A DNA stretch of 18,633 nucleotides from positions 1-18,633 of the forward strand of contig JBGATO010000070.1 of NCBI GenBank assembly GCA_044229145.1, in the 5' to 3' direction. Numbering within the stretch: position 1 is the first letter of the stretch; every line of letters begins with the position of its first letter. Under the pieces are notes generated by a model. It was not told the DNA's origin. It saw only the letters and a program-made list of their open reading frames with translations, and searched no databases. The position numbers were made by a program, and so were the translations under genes. The stretch comes from Candidatus Eiseniibacteriota bacterium (GTDB lineage Bacteria; Eisenbacteria; RBG-16-71-46; CAZEPH01). This document shows positions 8,327 through 15,507 of this stretch, piece by piece.

Positions 8327-9076
8327 TCACGGCTGGCGGAACAGGTAGAGGCCGAAGCCCATGAAGTCGCGGCCGCCGCGGAGCGCATGGTCGCGGATGG
8401 CGCGGGCGCGGCGGCGGACGTCGTCGTGATCGGGATGATCGCGGTGCGCGGCGGCCCACTGTTCGGCGTTGCGGACGTAGCTCCATTCGTAGTCGTCGAA
8501 CTCGCGCCGCGTCGTCGTCCAGGCGTAGTAGGGCACCAGGCCCGCGGCTTCGCCCGCGTCGACGATCGCGGCGTGCGCGCGCAGTTCGTCGCGCTGGGCG
8601 CCGAGCCGCGCGAGGTACGCGTCGTCGGGATCGCGCTTCCAGTAGCCTTCGCCGAGCAAGAGCCAGCCGCCCGAGGCGACGCGCGGCGCGAGGGCGCGCA
8701 GCGCGCCCTCGAGCCCGTCGTAGATGTGCGACGCGCCGATGCACGAGACGACGTCGAAGCGGTCATCCGCTGGTAGCTCGCGCGCCGACGCCTCGCGCAA
8801 CTCGACCGCTCCCCCGTGCACGCCGGGCAAACGCTCCGCCGCTTCGTCGCGCCCTTCGTCCAGCAGAGGCGCCGACAGGTCCAGGCCGACACCGTGCGCG
8901 CCGTAGCGCTCGGCAAGACGGATCAGCCATTCGCCCTTACCGCAGCCGACGTCGAGCGCCCGCGCGCCGCGCGGCAGGTCGAGCGATTCGAGCGCCGCCT
9001 CCATCGTCGCCACCGAGAGCGGATTGCAGTAGCGCATCCCGGCGTGCGCGAGGGCGGAGAAGGTGGCGTGGTCCAT
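8327..9076 (-). CDS. Class I SAM-dependent methyltransferase (YjhP-like)
   Basis: Start ATG 9076 after GAGGA. Motif I ALDVGCGKGE, then GLDLS, FDVVSCIGAS and GGWLLLGEGYW. Confidence 0.88.
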   Translation of the reverse strand: MDHATFSALAHAGMRYCNPLSVATMEAALESLDLPRGARALDVGCGKGEWLIRLAERYGAHGVGLDLSAPLLDEGRDEAAERLPGVHGGAVELREASARELPADDRFDVVSCIGASHIYDGLEGALRALAPRVASGGWLLLGEGYWKRDPDDAYLARLGAQRDELRAHAAIVDAGEAAGLVPYYAWTTTRREFDDYEWSYVRNAEQWAAAHRDHPDHDDVRRRARAIRDHALRGGRDFMGFGLYLFRQP

Positions 9077-9111
9077 GAGGTCCTCGGGGGCGAGCGTCGC
9101 GTCGGCGGCGC

Positions 9112-9141
9112 TTGCGGGCGCCGCGCGGCGCAGGGTAGCGT
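9112..9141 (+). promoter_or_regulatory. Possible sigma70-type promoter for the hydrolase-prmC-murA cluster
   Basis: TTGCGG-N18-TAGCGT in the divergent intergenic region, about 55 nt upstream of ATG 9195. Confidence 0.35.
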
Positions 9142-9194
9142 GAGCGGACGCGCGCGGGAAGGTCTGGCGCGCGGTCTCGCACGCGAGGTGCACC

Positions 9195-9944
9195 ATGGAC
9201 CACCCACCCGCTTTCGTCTTCCTGCACGGCTTTCCGCTCAGCGGCGCGATGTGGCGCCACCAGGCGGCGGCGTTCGCGCCGCGCTTCCGCGTCATGACGC
9301 CGGATCTCGTCGGCTTCGGCACCACGCCGCCCGAGACTCCGTGCTCGCTCGCGCAACAGGCCGCGCACGTGCTCGACATCGCGGTGGACGCCGGTGTGGA
9401 CGAGTTCGTGTTGTGCGGCCTGTCGATGGGCGGCTACATCGCGTTCGAGGTGCTGCGGCAGGCGCCGTCGCGGGTCCAGGCGCTGATCCTCACCAACACG
9501 CGGGCTACCGCCGACGCGCCGGACGCCGCCGCCGCGCGGCTGGTGCACGCGGACGCGGTACGCGCCGGCGGCAGTGCGGCCATCGTCGACTTCTACTTGC
9601 CGAAGCTGTGCGCGCCGGATACGTATGCGCAGGCGCCGCAGCTGGTCGAGACGCTGCGCGCGATGATGGTGGCGACGCCGCCGGACGGCATCCTCGCCGG
9701 CCTCGAGGCGCTCCGCACGCGGCGCGATCACACCGAACTCTTGCCCTCGATCGCCTGCCCGACGTTCGTCGTGATGGGCGAGGCCGACGTGCTCTCGCCG
9801 CCGGCCGTGATGCGCGAGATGGCGCGCGCGATTCCCGGCGCGCGGATCGCCGAGATCGCCGGCGCTGGACATCTCGCGCCGTTCGAACAGCCGGTCGCGT
9901 GGAACGATGCGGTGGCGCGCTTTCTCGCCGACGTGCTCGACTGA
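9195..9944 (+). CDS. Alpha/beta fold hydrolase (PcaD/enol-lactonase-like)
   Basis: FLHGFP, DLVGFG, nucleophile elbow GLSMGG, GEAD (acid) and GAGHL (His). GAGG upstream. Confidence 0.92.
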   Translation: MDHPPAFVFLHGFPLSGAMWRHQAAAFAPRFRVMTPDLVGFGTTPPETPCSLAQQAAHVLDIAVDAGVDEFVLCGLSMGGYIAFEVLRQAPSRVQALILTNTRATADAPDAAAARLVHADAVRAGGSAAIVDFYLPKLCAPDTYAQAPQLVETLRAMMVATPPDGILAGLEALRTRRDHTELLPSIACPTFVVMGEADVLSPPAVMREMARAIPGARIAEIAGAGHLAPFEQPVAWNDAVARFLADVLD

Positions 9945-9946
9945 TC

Positions 9947-10804
9947 GTGCGCCTCGCCGACGCCCTCGCCCGCACCCGCGATGCCCTGCGCACCGCCGGC
10001 CTCGAATCGCCGGACGCCGACGCGCGCATCCTGCTCGAGGAAGCCAGCGGCCTCAGCCGCGCCGACACGGTGCGCGATCCCGATCGCGACCTCGACGTCG
10101 GCGTCCTGACGCGCCTCCACGCCTGGACCGTCGAACGCTGCGAGCATGTCCCGCTGCAATACATCACCGGCATCGCCGACTTTTGCGGCCGCCGCTTCCG
10201 CGTGACGCCGGACGTCCTCATCCCGCGCCCGGAAACCGAACTCGTGACCGAGACCGCGATCGCGCTGTGGGACGACCCGGCGCGGCGCGACCACCCAGCT
10301 CTCGACCTCTGCACCGGCTCCGGCGCCATCGCCGCGACGCTCGCGCTCGAGCGCCCGGGCCGCCGCGTCGTCGCCACCGACCTCAGCCGCGCGGCGCTCG
10401 CGGTGGCACGCCGCAACGTCCAGGAACTCGAAGCCACCCACGTCACCTTCCACGACGGCGATCTGTTCGCCGCGCTGCCGGCCGGCGCGGGCGGCTTCGG
10501 CCTGCTCGTCAGCAATCCGCCGTACGTCGAGGCCGGCGTCATCCCGACGCTGCCGCGCGACGTGCGCGACCACGAACCGCACCTCGCCCTGGACGGCGGC
10601 GCCGACGGGCTGGACGTCGTCCGCCGCATCCTCGCCGGCGCGCCGGCCGTGCTGGCCGACGGCGCCGCGCTGGTCATCGAGATCGGCGACACGCAGGGCG
10701 ACACGGTCCTTGAGCTTGCCCGCGCCGCTTCGTACTATTCGGACGCACGCATCCTCCCGGACCTCGCGGGCCGCTCGCGCATCCTCACCGCCATCCGGCG
10801 CTGA
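9947..10804 (+). CDS. prmC: Peptide chain release factor N(5)-glutamine methyltransferase
   Basis: GTG start 2 nt after the hydrolase stop. Motifs PLQYITG, VLIPRPETE, DLCTGSGAIA, VSNPPY, EPHLALDGGADGL, EIG and DLAG. Confidence 0.95.
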   Translation: MRLADALARTRDALRTAGLESPDADARILLEEASGLSRADTVRDPDRDLDVGVLTRLHAWTVERCEHVPLQYITGIADFCGRRFRVTPDVLIPRPETELVTETAIALWDDPARRDHPALDLCTGSGAIAATLALERPGRRVVATDLSRAALAVARRNVQELEATHVTFHDGDLFAALPAGAGGFGLLVSNPPYVEAGVIPTLPRDVRDHEPHLALDGGADGLDVVRRILAGAPAVLADGAALVIEIGDTQGDTVLELARAASYYSDARILPDLAGRSRILTAIRR

Positions 10805-10887
10805 GCGCCCGCCCCGATTCCGGCCCGCGCGCCGCCGCGCGCCTCGATGCCCCACATCGCCACCCCCACCGTGAAGGATCACGCACG

Positions 10888-12285
10888 ATGAGCGCTGCCT
10901 CCGGCTCGCCGCAGGACGTCACCCCCGCCTCCGCCTTGCACACCGATCCCGAGCCGACCGAACTCGCCGGCGACGACGCCGTGCACGACGCCGGCTCCTC
11001 GTTCAACCCGCTGCCCGACGTGAAGCGCGGCATGGACTTCTTCCTGGTCGAAGGCGGCCGTCCGCTCGCCGGCACGATACCGGTCAGCGGCGCCAAGAAC
11101 GCCGCGCTGCCGTTGATGTCGGCGGCGTTGCTTGCGCCCGGCCGCCACGTCTTCCACAACGTGCCGCGTCTGCGCGATGTCAGCACGATGGCGCGCGTGC
11201 TCGAAGTGCTCGGCGCCACCTGCACGTTCGAAGGCCACACGCTCATCGTCGACACCACGAACGCACACGGCTGGGAAGCGCCGTACGAGTTGGTGAAGAC
11301 GATGCGCGCGTCGATCTACGTGCTGGGGCCCTTGCTCGCGCGGCTCGGCCGCGCCCGCGTGTCGCTGCCCGGCGGCTGTGCGTGGGGCCCGCGTCCGGTG
11401 GACTTGCACATTGGCGCGATGGAGCGCTTCGGCGCGGAAGTGGCGATCGAGCACGGCTACATCGTCGCGCAATCGCCGCGGCTCACCGGCGCGCGCATCG
11501 TGCACCAAAACGTGAGCGTCGGCGCGACGGCGCAGATCATGATGGCCGCCGCGCTCGCCGACGGCGTCACCGTGCTCGAGAACGCCGCCGCCGAACCCGA
11601 CGTCGTCGCGCTCGCCGAGTACATCAACGCGATGGGCGGCCGCATCAGCGGCCACGGCACCAAGCACATCGAGATCGAAGGCGTGCGCGAGCTGCACGCC
11701 GCGGAAGCGACCGTCATCCCCGACCGCATCGAAGCCGGCACCTTCCTCGTCGCCGCGGCGATCACCGGCAGCACGCTGCGCCTCACCGGCGTCGCCGCCG
11801 AGCACATCGCCGCGATCATCCACGCCTGCGAGGCGATGGGCGCGCAGGTGCTGCTCGATGGCGCTGACGTCGTGGTGAGCGGCCCGGACCGGCCGGAAGC
11901 CGCGAGCGTCACCACCGCGCCGTTCCCCGGCTTCCCCACCGACATGCAGGCGCAGTTCATGTCGCTCGCGGCCATCGCGCGCGGCACCTCCGTGCTCACC
12001 GAGACGATCTATCACGACCGCTTCACGCACGTCGCCGAGCTGCGCCGCTTGGGCGCCGACATCAAACTCGAAGGCGCGGTGGCGATCATCAATGGCGTGC
12101 GGCATCTGAGTGGCGCGCCGGTGATGGCGACGGATTTGCGGGCGAGCGCCTGCCTCATCCTCGCCGCGTTGTGCGCCGACGGCGAGACGAAGATCACGCG
12201 CATCTACCACGTCGACCGCGGCTACGAGGCGATCGAGACGAAGCTCAACGCGGTGGGCGCGCGGGTCGTGCGGGACCGGGAGTAG
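10888..12285 (+). CDS. murA: UDP-N-acetylglucosamine 1-carboxyvinyltransferase
   Basis: SGAKNAALP, KTMRAS, LPGGCAWGPRPVDLH (active-site Cys present), SVGAT, PDRIEAGT, PFPGFPTDMQ, ATDLRA and HVDRGYE. The conserved core starts at ATG 11032; upstream ATG 10888 has the better RBS. Confidence 0.97.
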   Translation: MSAASGSPQDVTPASALHTDPEPTELAGDDAVHDAGSSFNPLPDVKRGMDFFLVEGGRPLAGTIPVSGAKNAALPLMSAALLAPGRHVFHNVPRLRDVSTMARVLEVLGATCTFEGHTLIVDTTNAHGWEAPYELVKTMRASIYVLGPLLARLGRARVSLPGGCAWGPRPVDLHIGAMERFGAEVAIEHGYIVAQSPRLTGARIVHQNVSVGATAQIMMAAALADGVTVLENAAAEPDVVALAEYINAMGGRISGHGTKHIEIEGVRELHAAEATVIPDRIEAGTFLVAAAITGSTLRLTGVAAEHIAAIIHACEAMGAQVLLDGADVVVSGPDRPEAASVTTAPFPGFPTDMQAQFMSLAAIARGTSVLTETIYHDRFTHVAELRRLGADIKLEGAVAIINGVRHLSGAPVMATDLRASACLILAALCADGETKITRIYHVDRGYEAIETKLNAVGARVVRDRE

Positions 12286-12303
12286 ACCGGGGAGTGATCG
12301 TTG

Positions 12304-12330
12304 GCGCGCCCCCCCGCCGCGCGGGCGCGC
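12304..12330. terminator. Stem-loop between convergent murA and beta-helix gene
   Basis: GCGCGCCC (12304-12311) pairs with GGGCGCGC (12323-12330). No U-tract on either strand. Confidence 0.35.
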
Positions 12331-12332
12331 GT

Positions 12333-14324
12333 CTACCGCAGGCAGACGAGCCGCGCCGCCGCCACCCGCCGCGCCCCGGCGGTGAGCGCCAGCGTCCACA
12401 CGCCCGGCGCCAGCCACTGCCGCACTTGTACCTCGGGGAGGCCCCAGGCGCCCGCCGTCACGCCGGGGGGCGCCGTCCACACCGGGCCGCGCCGCCGGCC
12501 CGTGGCGTCGTACGCCCACAGTGCCAGGTCGCCGGAGGCACCGGCGCCTGCCGCGGCGCGCAATGCGAGCGGTCCCCCCCGCCACGGCGACGGATGCACC
12601 GCCACTTCCGCCGCGCAGCCGGGCCGCACTGCCTCGGCCTGCGCCACCGGCGTGTCCCAGCGCGTCAGTGCGGTCACACGGTACGTATCGCCCGCCGCGC
12701 CCGCGGCGTCGGTCACCTGCGTGGCCGTCGTTGCGGCCGCCACGAGTTGCCACGTCGCCGTGCCCACCGAGTGCCGCTCCACGCGGTACGCCACGCCCGG
12801 CCCGGTGGCGGCACTCCACGTCACCACGGCCCCTGCCCCGCACCCGGGCGGCGGCTGCACCGTCACCACTTGCGGCCATTCGTAATACGCCGACGACGTG
12901 ACCGTGGACGTCCCCGCGTCCGCGAAGGCCGTCGCGCCCCACGTCCCCGCGAGATCGTTGTTCACCACGTAGTTCAGCGAGTCCTGCGCGAGCACGCGGA
13001 TCCCGTACGCGGTGCGCTGCGCCGCCGTCGTGCCCTCCAGCGGCCGGCAGAGATTCGACTGCACCGTGCAGCGGTGCACCTTCTCCCCCAGTAGGATGGT
13101 CGTCCCGGCCGCCGGACTATCCACCCCCGCCGCGGTGATGCTGTTGTCGGCGAGCAGCAGATCCGACGTCTCCAGCGCGAAGATCCCTTCGCGCCCACTC
13201 CGTGTGATCTGGTTGCCACGCGCCACGCACCCGGTCGTGTACGCCCAGAAACGCAGGCCCACGCGGTGTTCGGACGCGGCGAGCCATGTGTGGCCGTGGG
13301 CGCCGTTGTCGCGAAACGTGTTGTTCTCCACCACCACATGGTGCGTGGTGCCGCGCAGCCGCCGGTCGAAATCCGCGGGCGGATTCAGGAAGCCGCCGTC
13401 CGTCGACACGTCCAGCCCCGTGGCGTTGTCGAGGAAGGTGCAGCCACTCACCCGGGCGTTGTCGATCGCGCTCTGCGTCAGGTAGGTGCCCCAGCCGGTG
13501 ATCGTGTCCGCCGCGGCGCTCTCCAGGCGGAGCCCCATCGACGGCGGCACGTAGCTCACGCCCGCCGGGGGCGACGGCGCGAGCGTGCGCGAAAATGTGC
13601 AGCCGGAAAGCGTGAGATCCCGCCCCTCGGTGATGACGCACCCCATCGCGCGGTTGTCGTCGAACACGCAGCGCCGGAGGGTGATGGTGTGCGAGAGGGA
13701 GTCGCCGCCTTCCGGGCATTGTGGCTGCGGACCCGCGTAACTATGTGTGGAGCCGCACTTGTGGACCGAGAGACCGTAGCCCCAGTGATGCACGCTCGTG
13801 AGATCCTCGACCAGCACGCGGTGACTGCCGCGGATGTCCAGCCCCGTGCAGTTTTCCTCTGTGTCGTACGGCCAGTGCTGGTCGCGTTCACCCACCAAGG
13901 TCCCGCCGTGAATGGCCACATCGTGCGCACCGTAGACACGAAGGAGGGTGTAGCCGAAGCGCGCCGTGTCGATGCCGGCGTCGGTGAGCTGGTGCATGGC
14001 CTTCAAGACGGCGCCGGGGGCGAGGGTCAGCCGGAAGTTGCTCGGAAGGTCGATGCCACGGTAGCCATCCCGCCAGTGATAATTGTGCACTTGCCCGTCG
14101 AAATAGTAGGTGCCCGTCGGCACATAGACTTCATTGCAGCCGCTGGCGACCGCAGCCGAACACGCGGCGGCGAATTGCTGATGCTGCGACTCGATCAGAT
14201 CGCTGACCGCGTTGAAATCCTTCACGCTTACCGGACACGACGCCCGGGAGCAATTCGCGAGGGCGAGCACGTAGCACGTCGTCAGACGTGCGGCCAGTTT
14301 CATCCTCCGGGGCGCGGGACTCAT
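12333..14324 (-). CDS. Secreted right-handed parallel beta-helix protein (Pectate_lyase_3-like cap) + FN3-like domain + T9SS/FlgD-like CTD; copy A
   Basis: N-cap VSVKDFNAV...EVYVPTGTY; beta-helix rungs (CVFDDN, CTFLDN, VENNTFRDN, GNQI, DNSI); FN3-like VTWSAA..YRVER..YRVTAL; tail VHPSP..AYDATGRR..LAPGVWTL..RLVCLR. Start at the ATGA overlap with the NHL gene stop. Confidence 0.8.
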   Translation of the reverse strand: MSPAPRRMKLAARLTTCYVLALANCSRASCPVSVKDFNAVSDLIESQHQQFAAACSAAVASGCNEVYVPTGTYYFDGQVHNYHWRDGYRGIDLPSNFRLTLAPGAVLKAMHQLTDAGIDTARFGYTLLRVYGAHDVAIHGGTLVGERDQHWPYDTEENCTGLDIRGSHRVLVEDLTSVHHWGYGLSVHKCGSTHSYAGPQPQCPEGGDSLSHTITLRRCVFDDNRAMGCVITEGRDLTLSGCTFSRTLAPSPPAGVSYVPPSMGLRLESAAADTITGWGTYLTQSAIDNARVSGCTFLDNATGLDVSTDGGFLNPPADFDRRLRGTTHHVVVENNTFRDNGAHGHTWLAASEHRVGLRFWAYTTGCVARGNQITRSGREGIFALETSDLLLADNSITAAGVDSPAAGTTILLGEKVHRCTVQSNLCRPLEGTTAAQRTAYGIRVLAQDSLNYVVNNDLAGTWGATAFADAGTSTVTSSAYYEWPQVVTVQPPPGCGAGAVVTWSAATGPGVAYRVERHSVGTATWQLVAAATTATQVTDAAGAAGDTYRVTALTRWDTPVAQAEAVRPGCAAEVAVHPSPWRGGPLALRAAAGAGASGDLALWAYDATGRRRGPVWTAPPGVTAGAWGLPEVQVRQWLAPGVWTLALTAGARRVAAARLVCLR

Positions 14325-15328
14325 CGGTAGATCGCCTTGATGCTGCCCCACGTCGTGCTCTTGACCGGCACGAAGTCGCCGGAAAACTGCTGAATGCGGT
14401 GATTGTAGGTGTCCGCGACAAAGGCATTACCTTTTGTATCAAACGAGACCGCGTGCGGAAAGGTGAACTGGCCCAGCGAATCGCCGCAGCCGCCCCATGA
14501 GGACTCGAATAGTCCAGACGCCTGGAAGTTCTCCACGACGCAGGCGCTGGTCAGGACGGCCAATCGTCCGGATGCGGGCACCGCAGCATCCATCGGTCGG
14601 TCGTACGCGCCATTGACATAGCTCCGGACGTAGATCCCGTAACTGGTGAATTCCTGCGTGTTGTTGTTCTCGGGATCCGTGACGTAGACATTGCCCGCGG
14701 CGTCGACAGCGATGCCCCTAATGTCGTCGTTGAATTGGCCCGTGCCCGTCCCGTACGATCCCCACTTCGTCAGAAACTGACCGGATCCCGTAAACTTCTG
14801 CACGCGATTGTTCCCTTGATCGCCCACGTATACATCGCCGTTGCCGTCGACCGCGATGCCATACGGCCCCTCGTAGCTGGTGTTCGTGCGCCCAAACTGC
14901 CCGTCCGCGGTGCCGCCTTCGCCAAAACTGAGAAGAAACTGCCCCTCCGGCGTGAACTTCTGCACCCGGTAGTTTTGGTAGTCGGTGACATAGACATTGC
15001 CGCTGGGATCGAAGGCGATGCCTTGCGGACTATAGAATTGGCCCGGCCCCGATCCGCGGCTCCCCCAGGTGAAAAGAAACTCCCCTGTGCTGCTGAAGAC
15101 TTGAATGCGGTCGTTACCGGTATCCGCGACGTAGACGTTCCCGAGCGCGTTCACCTCGATGGCCGCCGGGTAGGTGAACTCTCCGGGCCCGGTCCCTAGC
15201 TTCCCCCACGCCCGCACGAACTGGGGCGGCGTGTCCGCGGCCTGCGCGGAGCCGGGTGCATGGGGCACGCACAGCAGCGGAAGGGCCACGAGGATCGCGT
15301 GAAACGGCCAGCCTGCGAAGCGGTGCAT
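14321..15328 (-). CDS. Secreted NHL-repeat 6-bladed beta-propeller with C-terminal TTWGSIKAIYR motif; copy A
   Basis: AAGGAGG RBS; signal peptide ending AQA-ADTPP; repeated G.G.GQF..P.GIAVD..GNVYV.D..N.RVQKF blades. Confidence 0.92.
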   Translation of the reverse strand: MHRFAGWPFHAILVALPLLCVPHAPGSAQAADTPPQFVRAWGKLGTGPGEFTYPAAIEVNALGNVYVADTGNDRIQVFSSTGEFLFTWGSRGSGPGQFYSPQGIAFDPSGNVYVTDYQNYRVQKFTPEGQFLLSFGEGGTADGQFGRTNTSYEGPYGIAVDGNGDVYVGDQGNNRVQKFTGSGQFLTKWGSYGTGTGQFNDDIRGIAVDAAGNVYVTDPENNNTQEFTSYGIYVRSYVNGAYDRPMDAAVPASGRLAVLTSACVVENFQASGLFESSWGGCGDSLGQFTFPHAVSFDTKGNAFVADTYNHRIQQFSGDFVPVKSTTWGSIKAIYR

Positions 15329-15380
15329 GACGTCCTCCTTGTGCGACTACCGTGCCGGCCACCACGGGCACCGCGCCACA

Positions 15381-15459
15381 TCAGGTGCCGCGTCCGTGTG
15401 CCGGACGGAGACGGAGTAGACCCCGCGGGCGCGAGTCTCCCGCGCGACGGGCGGGCGTT
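15381..15459 (-). promoter_or_regulatory. Conserved structured upstream element of the NHL/beta-helix unit (candidate cis-regulatory RNA or promoter/operator); copy A
   Basis: 78/79 nt identical to 18555-18633, with several inverted repeats; lies 52 nt upstream of the NHL ATG. Confidence 0.6.
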
Positions 15460-15507
15460 TCCCTCCCGCGGCGTTCCCACGCGCGTGCTTGCTGCCCTGG
15501 CGTCTCG

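Noticed and set aside
7224..8744. 506-aa extended Rieske protein
   Set aside because: The extension overlaps the methyltransferase in another frame; a good RBS precedes ATG 8318.
8816..10804. 662-aa extended PrmC
   Set aside because: The N-terminal 377 codons overlap the methyltransferase and hydrolase genes and are Arg/Gly/Ala-rich noise. PrmC homology begins at GTG 9947.
12574..12580. C7 homopolymer in beta-helix copy A as a phase-variation tract
   Set aside because: Too short, expected at this GC content, and not preserved as C7 in copy B.
14400..15240. Periodic DNA similarity resembling a repeat array or CRISPR
   Set aside because: Explained by NHL blade repeats in coding sequence; no identical repeats with unique spacers and no cas genes.
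15343..15360. Sigma54-like GG-N10-GC (CGGCACGGTAGTCGCA) upstream of NHL copy A
   Set aside because: The GG is CG in copy B, and the implied TSS would fall past the Shine-Dalgarno sequence.
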